Origin: Deltaproteobacteria bacterium
GTDB lineage: Bacteria; Myxococcota; Kuafuiibacteriia; Kuafuiibacteriales; Kuafuiibacteriaceae
Direction: 5' to 3'
Assembly: GCA_040218735.1 (NCBI GenBank)
Contig: JAVJQW010000023.1
Coordinates: forward strand, 64,001-128,000
Length of the DNA stretch: 64,000 bases
Below the pieces are notes generated by a model. That model made no database searches. It had not been told where the DNA came from and saw only the letters and a program-made list of their open reading frames with translations. The translations under genes and the position numbers were made by a program. Within the stretch, counting starts at the first letter, position 1, and the number at the start of each line of letters is the position of its first letter. Of the stretch, positions 10,354-19,190 are shown one piece after another.

Positions 10354-13300
10354 TCATTCCTTGGGAACGATCCGCATGCCTTCCAGTTGTACTCCGTACG
10401 TCTCGATTGCTGCCGTGAGCCGTTTGTCCCGCTCGGAGCTCACATCGACGAGTGACCATACGCGTACCGACGCGTCCTGCGCGACCGACACCAGGACCAA
10501 ACCATCCTCCGCGAACGCGAGGTCCTCGATCCCCGCCGCGTGCGCGTCGCGGATCCGCGCGACCGGTGCATGCCGCGCTGCGTCCCAGACGATGAGCGTG
10601 CGGTCCTCCCCACCGCTCGCGACGTACCGACCGTCCGCCGACACCGCGAGCGCCTTCGCGCGGCCGTCGTGGGCGCGCTGGTCCGCGACCGCGCGCCCGG
10701 TCTTTCGATCGTAGAACCGAACGTGCCCGTCGCGCCCCGCCGAGACGAGCACCGTGTCGCCCGCGCCGACCGCGAGGACCCCGCCTTCGTGTTGCCCGAG
10801 GCGCGTGGGCTGCGCGCCCCGACCGACCGCGAGTCGCTGCACCACGCCGTCGAAGCCGCCGGTCACGACGTGTTCGCCGTCGGGCGTGAACGCCAGCGCG
10901 TCGACCGAGCCGTCGTGCACGCGGACGACCTCGTCCTCGGCGTCACCTTCGACGCGGCGGAGGTGCACGAACCCGTCCGCCGACCCCGCGGCGATCTGCT
11001 TCGCGTCGCGTGAGAACGCGACGACGCCGACGGGAGCTCCGGAGGTCCGAAGGGTCCCGACGCCACCGTTCAGGTCGCGCACGACGATCGTGTTCTCGGT
11101 GAAGCCGGCGAGGTGCTCGCCGTCCTCCGCGAGCGCGACGCCGCGATCTTCGTCCACCGGGAGTCGACGCCGGACCTTTCTTTCGAGGAGATCCCAAACC
11201 ACGATCTCCCGGTCCGTCGCGACGGTGAGCCCCTCCGCTCCGCCGACGAAGCGCACCGCGGCGCCCTCCCCCGGGAGGTCGAAGATCTGCGCGCGGCGCT
11301 CCTCGTCGGGCCTCGCCTCGAAGCGCCGGACGGCGCGATCGTCTCCCGCGGCGAACATCGCGCCGTCGACGGAGAGCACGTCGCGCACCTTCCTCGCGGA
11401 GACGATCGTCCGCCCCTCGAGCGCGGCCTTCTCGACATCGTAGCGTTCGATCTCTCCGTCGTCGTTCCCCGCGAGGAGCCAACGACCGTCCGCCGAGAAC
11501 ACGAGCGAAGTGATCTCCTCGACCCCGCGTGGGAGGCGGGCGAGGTGGAGCATCGACTTGGGATCCCAGAGCACCAACGAGCGGTCGCGCCCCGCGCTCG
11601 CGAAGAGCTCTCCGCTCGGTGAGAACGCCACCGCCGTCACCGCACGATCGTGCGCGGACTCGTTGGTGACGAACTCCCCGTCGTAGACCGAGAGGCCGCC
11701 GTCGTCGTCGCCGATCACGAGGCGCCGGCCGAACACGTCGAGCGACGTGAGCGCGACGTCGCGCGCGAAACGAACGCCGAGCGGTCGCAGCTCGTCCGCG
11801 AACCACGCGCGCACCGCACCGTCCGCGCCCGCGGTGTAGACCTCAGCGCCGTCGCGCGAGAAGCGCACCGCGCGGACCCCGCCGGGATGCGCGAACGCCT
11901 GCGCCGTGACCTTGCGCTGCGCGCGCGACAGCAGCCACAGCCGACCGCCGTCGTCGCCCGCGACGACCCACGTCCCCGCAGGGGACATCGCGAGCGCGGT
12001 GATCCAGCCCCCCTTCGTCTCGATGCGCCCCACCGGATCGCCGGTCTTCCGCGACAGCAGCTCCACGCCGAAGCTCGTGCCACACGCGACCTCGTCGAGG
12101 TCCGGCACCGAGTCCAGATCGAGGCAGCCGGCGAACGTCCGTGCGCTCCATTCGAGGCGCGGGCGGAACCGGCCTTCGGCGTCGGCGAGTAGACCGCGCG
12201 CGTCGGCGTGCTCCTCGTGGCGCAACGCGGCGGCGGCCTCCAACGTGACACCGACCCAGCTCTTCTGCGCCGCGAGGACGCGCGCCTTCTCCACGTACGC
12301 GTCGGCGAGGTTGGCGAGGCTGCGTTTCTCCGCCGCGAGCGCGCGGTCGCGTTCGTCGAGCACCGAGAAGTACGCCCCTACGCCGAGCACGACGAGCAGC
12401 ACCACGCCGACCAGCGACGCAAACACCGCGGGCCGGTTGCGATCGAGGAAGCGGCGAACGAGCTCCAGGCTCGAGTAGTCGTACGCGTCCACCTTGGAGC
12501 CGGAGCGGTACGCTTCGATCTCGTCGGCGAGCTCCTTCGCGCTCTGGTAACGATCGGTCGGGTCCTTCGCGAGCGCGCGCTCCACCACCGCGGCGAGCTC
12601 CGCGGGGGCCTCGGGCGCGACCTCGCGGATCGGCGGCGTGTCCCCGCGCGCGACGTTCATCAACACCATCGCGAGGTTGTTGCCGGTGATCGGGAGCTTG
12701 CCGGTGAGGAGCTGGAACAGGACGACGCCGAGGCTCCAGACGTCGGAGCGTTCGTCGATGTCGTCGATGCGCCCCTCCGCCTGCTCCGGGCTCATGTACG
12801 CCGGCGTCCCGAACGCGGCGCCCGGGAGGGTCTCGGCGGCGGAGCTCTGCTCCTGTAGCAGCTCGATCTCGCGCACGAGCTCGCGCCCGCGGATGTCGGC
12901 CTTGCCGCGGACCTTGGCGACGCCCCAGTCGAGCACCATCGTCTCGCCGAACTCACCGATCATCACATTGTCGGGTTTGATGTCGCGGTGGATGACGCCG
13001 CGGCTGTGCGCGTACGCGATGGCCTGACAGAGGTCGACGAAGTGACCGAGGAGCGCGAGGCGCTCCGACAGATCCATGGCGTCGTGCAGCGCGCTCTTGA
13101 GCGTGCGCCCGCGGACGAGGCGCATCGTGTAGTAGAGCGTCCCGTCCTCGCGTCGGCCCAGCTCGTACACCGGGACGATGTTGGGGTGCTCGATCTGCGC
13201 CGTGACGCGCGCCTCGCGCATGAAGCGCGCGACCATCTCGGAGGTGGAGCCCGTCGCCGGGGTCCCGGCCGCGGTCTTCGTGCCCTTCGTGAGGAGCTCC

Positions 13301-13758
13301 TTCACCGCGACCTCGCGCCCGAGGTGACGATCGAACGCGGAGCGCACGACGCCGAGGCCTCCGCGACCGACCTCCGCGTCACGGCGGTAGCGACCGAGCT
13401 GCTCCTGCGTGACACCCTCCGCGGTCGGGCTGGACGGGACGCGCTCCTCGATCGGGCGTCCCCGCGACGGGAGCGTCTCGGCGATCATCGACGGCGCGGC
13501 GCCCATGCGCAGGAGGGTGTCCTCGAGGCCGGTCTCCTCCGGTTCGTGCGCGAGCGTGCCGACGACGATCTCTTCGAGCGCCCGACGCTGCGTGGGAGAG
13601 AGGAGGCCGTCGGCTTCGAGGCGATCAGCAAGTGTCAGCTCACCGGTGGTCATCGTGTCGGCGACGGCCGCGACGGCGGACGGATCCGCGAGCCCGAGCT
13701 GGACGGTGAGCACCCCGAACAGGACGTCGTGGTCGCTTCGCCCCACGGGCGGGAGCAT
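10354..13758 (-). CDS. Ser/Thr protein kinase with TM segment and WD40 repeats
   Basis: GRGGLGVV, AVKE, HRDIKPDN, DWG, GTPAYMSPE; many H...VAFSP.G...SAG.D...W WD40 units. Confidence 0.94.
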   Translation of the reverse strand: MLPPVGRSDHDVLFGVLTVQLGLADPSAVAAVADTMTTGELTLADRLEADGLLSPTQRRALEEIVVGTLAHEPEETGLEDTLLRMGAAPSMIAETLPSRGRPIEERVPSSPTAEGVTQEQLGRYRRDAEVGRGGLGVVRSAFDRHLGREVAVKELLTKGTKTAAGTPATGSTSEMVARFMREARVTAQIEHPNIVPVYELGRREDGTLYYTMRLVRGRTLKSALHDAMDLSERLALLGHFVDLCQAIAYAHSRGVIHRDIKPDNVMIGEFGETMVLDWGVAKVRGKADIRGRELVREIELLQEQSSAAETLPGAAFGTPAYMSPEQAEGRIDDIDERSDVWSLGVVLFQLLTGKLPITGNNLAMVLMNVARGDTPPIREVAPEAPAELAAVVERALAKDPTDRYQSAKELADEIEAYRSGSKVDAYDYSSLELVRRFLDRNRPAVFASLVGVVLLVVLGVGAYFSVLDERDRALAAEKRSLANLADAYVEKARVLAAQKSWVGVTLEAAAALRHEEHADARGLLADAEGRFRPRLEWSARTFAGCLDLDSVPDLDEVACGTSFGVELLSRKTGDPVGRIETKGGWITALAMSPAGTWVVAGDDGGRLWLLSRAQRKVTAQAFAHPGGVRAVRFSRDGAEVYTAGADGAVRAWFADELRPLGVRFARDVALTSLDVFGRRLVIGDDDGGLSVYDGEFVTNESAHDRAVTAVAFSPSGELFASAGRDRSLVLWDPKSMLHLARLPRGVEEITSLVFSADGRWLLAGNDDGEIERYDVEKAALEGRTIVSARKVRDVLSVDGAMFAAGDDRAVRRFEARPDEERRAQIFDLPGEGAAVRFVGGAEGLTVATDREIVVWDLLERKVRRRLPVDEDRGVALAEDGEHLAGFTENTIVVRDLNGGVGTLRTSGAPVGVVAFSRDAKQIAAGSADGFVHLRRVEGDAEDEVVRVHDGSVDALAFTPDGEHVVTGGFDGVVQRLAVGRGAQPTRLGQHEGGVLAVGAGDTVLVSAGRDGHVRFYDRKTGRAVADQRAHDGRAKALAVSADGRYVASGGEDRTLIVWDAARHAPVARIRDAHAAGIEDLAFAEDGLVLVSVAQDASVRVWSLVDVSSERDKRLTAAIETYGVQLEGMRIVPKE

Positions 13759-13883
13759 AGGCCGGATCCGGTTTCAGGTCCCCCCCAACGTGTGGACCCG
13801 ACGTTCACGCTGTGGACGCGAGACCACGTGTTCGAAAGATCGCGCGTTGTAGACCCTACGGGCCACCGGTACACGCGATCGAC

Positions 13884-15647
13884 ATGAAGACGCGATGGTG
13901 TACGGCGCTGTTCCTGCTCGCGGCCTGTGTCCCGGACGGACACGACGGGAGCGCGGCGCTCTCGGTCGAGGACGCGCCGCCGGCGTTCTTCGCGCAGGAC
14001 GACGCGCTGCTCGAAGCGCTCTCCGCGCCGGATGAAGAGGGCTGGCGCGACAGCCCCGTCATCGAGGCGACGAACCTCTTCTCACGCGCGGGCGTACGTT
14101 TCGACGCCGACCTGGGCGCGGGGATCGAGATCCGCGCGTCGGTCGACGGCGAGATGTTCACGGCGTGGCGGCCCGCGGCGATCACGTTCGTCGAGTCGAA
14201 CGCGCACAACGCCCAGGCGGACTTCGAAGGTGAGTACACGTTCGTGCAACTTCGCTTGCGCTTCGACGAAGAACACCCGGTGACGTTCCTCGCGGTCGAC
14301 ACCGTGGTGCCGATGGCGATCGTCGAAGACGAGGCCGACTTCGAGACGACCTCGTCGGGGCTCGCGACCGACGGCGTCGCCGTTTCCCGGTCGGCGTGGG
14401 GCGCGCGGGCGAGCCGCTGCACGTCGCGGCACACGCCGAACCGCATCTCCGTGCACCACACCGTCACGCCGAACAACGACAGCGCTTCGATGCCGGCGCG
14501 CGTGCGCCAGATCCAGGCGTACCACATGGACGTGCGCGGCTGGTGCGACGTCGGCTACCACTTCCTCGTCGGGCAGGACGGGCGTGTGTACCAGGGCCGC
14601 CCCGAGAACCGCATCGGCGCGCACGTCGCGGGCGCGAACACGAACAACGCGGGCGTGAGCTTCGTCGGCAACTTCGAGACGACGGTGCCGAGCGCCGCGA
14701 TGATGAGCGCCGGCGCGCGGATCCTCGCGTCGCTCTCGCGCACCTACGGCATCGCGCTGAACCGCACGCGCGTGCGCGGCCACCGCGAGCAGGGGCAGAC
14801 CGCTTGCCCCGGCCAGCACCTCTTCGCGCGCCTCGGCACGCTCGTGAACCTCGCCGCCGGCGTGAACGCGCCGCCGCCCGCGCCGCCTCCTCCGCCGCCG
14901 AGCGGGCCGACGGCGTCGTGCGGGCGCGTGTCGTCGAACCAGCTCCTCGCGCGCGGGCAGAGCATGCCGTCTTGCAACGGTCGCTACCGGCTCGTGCACC
15001 AGGGCGACGGCAACGTCGTCCTCTACAACACGTACTCCGGCGTCGCGGTGTGGTCGACGGGGACGCACGGGCGCGCCACTTCGGCGTTCGTGATGCAGAG
15101 CGACGGCAACCTCGTCCTCTACAACGGGTCACGCGCGCTGTGGGCGAGCGGGACGAACCGCGGCGGTTCCTTCCTGGCGGTGCAGGACGACGGCAACGTC
15201 GTGATCTACGCACCCGGCGCGGTCGCGGTGTGGTCGACCGGGACGGTCGGAGCGGGCGGAGCCCCGCCGCCTCCGCCGCCACCTCCTCCGCCGCCGCCGC
15301 CGCCGACCTCGTGCGGGCGTCTGGCGTCCGGCGCCGCGCTCTCCCCGGGACAGAGCGTTCGTTCGTGCGGAGGGCGCTTCCTCTTCGCGCACCAGACCGA
15401 CGGCAACGTCGTCCTCTACGACGGCGGCCGCGCGTTGTGGTCGACCGGAACCCACGGCCGCTCGACCCGCACGCTCGCGATGCAGGGCGACGGCAACCTC
15501 GTGCTCTACGCGCCGTCGAACGCCGCGATGTTCTCGACCGGCACGCACGGCCACGGCGGCGCGTGGCTCGCGGTGCAGGACGACGGCAACGTGGTCGTGT
15601 ACGCCGCGAACAACCGCCCCCTGTGGGCGACGAACACGGTGCGTTGA
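13884..15647 (+). CDS. Lipoprotein: PGRP-type N-acetylmuramoyl-L-alanine amidase plus two bulb-type (B-) lectin domains
   Basis: Lipobox LLAAC; Amidase_2 motifs VHHT, DVGYHFLV, GAH, GHRE..TACPG; six QxDGNxVxY lectin motifs; poly-Pro linkers. Confidence 0.9.
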   Translation: MKTRWCTALFLLAACVPDGHDGSAALSVEDAPPAFFAQDDALLEALSAPDEEGWRDSPVIEATNLFSRAGVRFDADLGAGIEIRASVDGEMFTAWRPAAITFVESNAHNAQADFEGEYTFVQLRLRFDEEHPVTFLAVDTVVPMAIVEDEADFETTSSGLATDGVAVSRSAWGARASRCTSRHTPNRISVHHTVTPNNDSASMPARVRQIQAYHMDVRGWCDVGYHFLVGQDGRVYQGRPENRIGAHVAGANTNNAGVSFVGNFETTVPSAAMMSAGARILASLSRTYGIALNRTRVRGHREQGQTACPGQHLFARLGTLVNLAAGVNAPPPAPPPPPPSGPTASCGRVSSNQLLARGQSMPSCNGRYRLVHQGDGNVVLYNTYSGVAVWSTGTHGRATSAFVMQSDGNLVLYNGSRALWASGTNRGGSFLAVQDDGNVVIYAPGAVAVWSTGTVGAGGAPPPPPPPPPPPPPPTSCGRLASGAALSPGQSVRSCGGRFLFAHQTDGNVVLYDGGRALWSTGTHGRSTRTLAMQGDGNLVLYAPSNAAMFSTGTHGHGGAWLAVQDDGNVVVYAANNRPLWATNTVR

Positions 15648-15667
15648 GCTCTCGAAGCCTCCGGCGC

Positions 15668-16822
15668 TCAGCGACGATCCACCCACGTCCGTAGCGACGC
15701 CGCGTACGGGCCGTTCGGCGCACGGTCGAGGTAACGATACGCCCACCGCGCCGCGCGCTCGCGGTGTCCGCCGCGCCGGTAACTCTCGGCGGCCCGCGCC
15801 ATCGCGACGTCCTCCCCCCCATCGCCGAGGCCGAGCTCCAGCGCGAGCTCGAACGCGTCTCCGGCGGCGACGTAGTCGGCGAGCTCGTCGAAGAGGATGC
15901 GCCCCGCGCTGAACGCCGCCGAAGACGCCCGCTCGCGCGACAACGTCATTCGCGCCCCGCGCAGGTAGAGCTTCGCCGCGAGGCGAAAGTCACCGCGCTC
16001 CCGCGCCGCGTCAGCGAGGTCGAGCTCGGTGCGACCCGGCGCTTCCGAATCCTCGCCCATCGCCAAGCGCGGCGCGCCGCCGGGCACGTCAGCGTCGGTC
16101 TCCTCCGGCGAGGGCCCGCCCGAGAGGGAGGCCGCGGGCGAGGTGCCCAGGGGGCGCGGCGGAGCCGCGGCGCCGGCCAAAGACGTGACGGGCGCTTCGC
16201 CCCTCGGTTCGACGCGCGCGCCCTGGGGCGGACCTGCGATCCGCGGCACCTCGGCCTGCGCCTCGGCGACCTCCTCGGTCGCCGGCGCGGTAACGACCAG
16301 CCGCCCGCCGGCGAGCAGCCGCAGCGCGCCGGGATCGTACTTGCGGTAGACGACGGCTTCGCCGCGCTCCAGCTCGATCGTCAGCGCGTCATCGGTGTGC
16401 GTCACGGAGAAGCGCGAACCGACGATCTCGATCCGCGCGAGCTCGCTATCGAGCACCCACGGCTCCCCCGGCGCTGCGTCGACCGTTACCCGCCCGGACC
16501 TCAGCGCAAAGCGCGCGCGCCCCTGCGCGTCCTCGACCGGCGTGAGCAAGCCATCTTGCAGCTCCACCACCGACCCGTCCGCGAACCGTTGGTGCGTCGA
16601 GCCTTCGAGCTGCGCGACCGCGTGTCCTTCGACCGTCCGCGGCGGGACGCGCGCGCGGCCGAGCGCCCACGCCGCGATCCACACCACAGCGACGACGGCG
16701 GCGTACGAGGCCCACCGACGTCGACGCACACGCGCCGCCCGACGCACGGACATCAACGCGAGCGTCCCCTGCCACATGCGCTCGACGTCGTTCGGGCGCA
16801 GCTCGTGATCCGGCGCTCTCAT
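15668..16822 (-). CDS. FecR-domain anti-sigma factor with C-terminal TPR-like helices
   Basis: TM helix after RRRRW, F.DGS.VEL...LRSGRV...VGSRFSV FecR pattern, C-terminal YLDRAPNGPY. Start overlaps the sigma stop. Confidence 0.82.
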   Translation of the reverse strand: MRAPDHELRPNDVERMWQGTLALMSVRRAARVRRRRWASYAAVVAVVWIAAWALGRARVPPRTVEGHAVAQLEGSTHQRFADGSVVELQDGLLTPVEDAQGRARFALRSGRVTVDAAPGEPWVLDSELARIEIVGSRFSVTHTDDALTIELERGEAVVYRKYDPGALRLLAGGRLVVTAPATEEVAEAQAEVPRIAGPPQGARVEPRGEAPVTSLAGAAAPPRPLGTSPAASLSGGPSPEETDADVPGGAPRLAMGEDSEAPGRTELDLADAARERGDFRLAAKLYLRGARMTLSRERASSAAFSAGRILFDELADYVAAGDAFELALELGLGDGGEDVAMARAAESYRRGGHRERAARWAYRYLDRAPNGPYAASLRTWVDRR

Positions 16823-17400
16823 CGTGTCCTCCGATCCAACGCACCGACCGCCGACCGCACGTACCGCTTCACCGACGCGACGGACACCTCCATCGCGGCG
16901 GCGACCTCGGCGATCTGCAGGCCGTCGACGAACCGCAGCGTCCACGCGATGCGCTGCTTCGCCGGCAGCCGCTCCACGCGACGTGCGACCCACGTCAGCT
17001 CCGCCGCGCGCTCCGGGCTGATGTCCGGACTGATCAAACTCTCGAGGGGGAGATCAATCTCCTCGACCGGGCGCCCGACGATCTGCAGGAACAGGCGCCG
17101 CCGGTGGAAGCGCCGAAGCCGGTTGATCGCGATGCGCAGCACCCACGGCTTGAACGCGGAGTGATCCTCCAGCGTCGGCAACTTCTCGAGCGCGATCGCG
17201 AAGGCCTCCTGGACGATGTCCTCGGTCTCCTCGCGACGACCGCTGATCCTCGAAATCGTCCGGTGGATCGACGTCGCGTGCCGCCGGAAGAGCGCGGCCT
17301 GGGCGGCCCGCTCGCCGTCCTTCGCACACGCGACGAGCTCGGCGTCGGAGCGCGGACCGTTGGCCTTCGCGGCCCCTTCGACTCCGCTCGCTCTTCGTCC
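16819..17400 (-). CDS. ECF RNA polymerase sigma factor, 5' end without a canonical start codon
   Basis: Extending ORF 16819..17181 upstream in frame gives SDAELVACAKDGERAAQAALFRRH...EDIVQEAF...FKPWVLRIAIN (region 2); region 4 is LRFVDGLQIAEVAAAMEVSVASVKR. In-frame TGA at 17407-17409. Confidence 0.82.
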   Translation of the reverse strand, partial: GRRASGVEGAAKANGPRSDAELVACAKDGERAAQAALFRRHATSIHRTISRISGRREETEDIVQEAFAIALEKLPTLEDHSAFKPWVLRIAINRLRRFHRRRLFLQIVGRPVEEIDLPLESLISPDISPERAAELTWVARRVERLPAKQRIAWTLRFVDGLQIAEVAAAMEVSVASVKRYVRSAVGALDRRTR

Positions 17401-17402
17401 TC

Positions 17403-17810
17403 GTGCTCACGTTCGCAGGCTGCGGTTCCGCGGAGGTGATCGCCCTCGAGGCCCCCTCGCCTGACGGGGACGTCCTCGCCCCGTACGATGGAGGCCCGCG
17501 CGACGCCGGGCCGCGCGACGCCGGGCCCTGCTACGACTGGGCGTCGGTGCAGCCCATCTTCGCGGACGCCTGCGCGACGCTGTGCCACACGAACCCGCCG
17601 CGGTTCTCGGCGCCGATCGCGCTCGTGACATACGCCGACTTCCAGCACATCACGCACGGCGATCGCGTTTACGAGCGCGTCGCGTTCCGAATCACCGCGC
17701 CGTCCGGCCGGATGCCGCCGTCTTCCCATCGGCGGCAGCTCACACCGAACGAGATCGAGCGCATCGAGCTGTGGGTCGCGGCGGACGCCCCGTTCGACTG
17801 CTTGGACTGA
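17403..17810 (+). CDS. Small c-type cytochrome-like lipoprotein (CX3CH)
   Basis: FAGC lipobox, RDAG linker, VQPIF...CATLCH, distal RMPP and LT..E...I..W...AP. Paralog of 40132..40527. Confidence 0.72.
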   Translation: MLTFAGCGSAEVIALEAPSPDGDVLAPYDGGPRDAGPRDAGPCYDWASVQPIFADACATLCHTNPPRFSAPIALVTYADFQHITHGDRVYERVAFRITAPSGRMPPSSHRRQLTPNEIERIELWVAADAPFDCLD

Positions 17811-17858
17811 CCTACGGACGTCCGGACCTACGGGCGTCGGGTCTTACGGGCGTCCGGT
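17811..17858. repeat. Three degenerate 16-bp tandem units between convergent genes
   Basis: cctacggacgtccgga / cctacgggcgtcgggt / cttacgggcgtccggt. Confidence 0.8.
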
Positions 17859-18626
17859 CGGGATGATCCGCGGCGCGGGCGTCCGCGGCGCCGGGCGCAC
17901 GCTCACGTTCCCGCGGTTGATCACCCCTCGCCTCGGCGTGGGTGAGAACGCCGGGCGCGTGCCGACCTGCCCGGGCACCCAGCCCCAGCCATTCCAGCCC
18001 CAGTTGAACCCACCGAAGAAGCGCAGCGACTCACGCTCCTTCGCGGCCTCCTCGGCGGCGCGCTTCGCGGCCTCCGCCCTTTCGGCGGCGCGCTCGGCGC
18101 GTTCGGCGGCCTCACGGGTCTCGCGGGCTTCGCGGCGCGCCGCGAGCTTCTCGTCCCGCGCCGCGGCTTCGTCGCGCGTGACCCACTCGCCGCCGTAGTT
18201 CACGTGGCCCGTCGCGCGCAGGTAGGCGGTCTCGTCGAGCCACTGGCCTTCGTGCTGGCGGTGGCCGAGCGCTCGGTGCGCCTCGTCGAGGTTCGGCGAC
18301 AGCCGGAGCGCCTGGCGGTAGAGGCTCCGCGCGCCGCCCGATAGCCCCTTCGAGCTCGCCCACCGCGCGAGCGCGAGGGTGCCTTGGAGATCGTTCGCCG
18401 AGAGCGCGGCGCGGCGCTGCTCGAGCTCGTGCAGCGGGGTCGCCTGGCGCTCGATCGTCTTCACCGCGGAGCGATCGAACCCGACCGTGCCGATCGCCAT
18501 GCGCACTTCGACGGTGTCGCCCTGCTCGGTCACGACCCCCTCGAAGCGCTGGCCGTCCTCCAGCACGACGACGTCCGCGAAGGCCGTCGAGGGGACGAGA
18601 GCCAGAGCCAGAACCCAGATGCGCAT
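17844..18626 (-). CDS. Secreted hypothetical protein with TPR-like and coiled-coil segments
   Basis: Signal MRIWVLALALVPSTAFA, DVVVLEDG..FEG, AHRALGH...GQW and an E/A/R coiled coil. Confidence 0.75.
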   Translation of the reverse strand: MRIWVLALALVPSTAFADVVVLEDGQRFEGVVTEQGDTVEVRMAIGTVGFDRSAVKTIERQATPLHELEQRRAALSANDLQGTLALARWASSKGLSGGARSLYRQALRLSPNLDEAHRALGHRQHEGQWLDETAYLRATGHVNYGGEWVTRDEAAARDEKLAARREARETREAAERAERAAERAEAAKRAAEEAAKERESLRFFGGFNWGWNGWGWVPGQVGTRPAFSPTPRRGVINRGNVSVRPAPRTPAPRIIPTGRP

Positions 18627-18671
18627 GGCCTCACCATGCGGGGTGGGGCGCGCTCCGATCAACCGTCGGCG

Positions 18672-19142
18672 CTAACTGTCAGGGACGGTGGCCGTGAACG
18701 TCACGAGCTGTCCCGGATCGATGCCCAGGGACTTGGCGAGGCCTCCGTTGATCTCCAGGACGAACTGGCTGTCCCCGGGCACGCTCCGGCGCAGCGTGGT
18801 GTTCGGCTCCGCCTCGTCGACGATGCCGAGGATCCGGCGGTCGGCGCGGATGAAGATCATGTCGAGGGAGATGGGGGTGTCCTTCATCCAGAAGGCGCGC
18901 GGCTCTTCGTCGGGGAAGACGAACAACATGCCGTGGTCGGGCTCCAGGTGCGCTCGGCCCATCAAACCGACCTGACGTTCGCGCGTCGTGTCCGCGACCT
19001 CGGCGAGGAAGGTCACGGGGTCGGGCGCAGCGACGGTCACCTCGATGCGGTCCCGACCGTCGTCCTCGGTGCCGGCGCACGCCGTGAGGAGCAACGCGAC
19101 GACCCAAGCGTGACCCAGGCCACATGTCCGTTCTGCGGACAT
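18672..19142 (-). CDS. DUF192 family protein
   Basis: AEVADT..ERQVGLMGR, GMLFVF, FWMKDTPISLDMIFI, VLEINGG. Confidence 0.92.
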   Translation of the reverse strand: MSAERTCGLGHAWVVALLLTACAGTEDDGRDRIEVTVAAPDPVTFLAEVADTTRERQVGLMGRAHLEPDHGMLFVFPDEEPRAFWMKDTPISLDMIFIRADRRILGIVDEAEPNTTLRRSVPGDSQFVLEINGGLAKSLGIDPGQLVTFTATVPDS

Positions 19143-19190
19143 CTCCCTCCATTCTATCACCGACCTCGGCCCGCTAAGATTTTATGCGCG

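Noticed and set aside
17811-17858. CRISPR-like array (also considered 50353-50513 and 58900-58985)
   Set aside because: Units are too short or coding, there are no unique spacers of constant length, and no cas genes.
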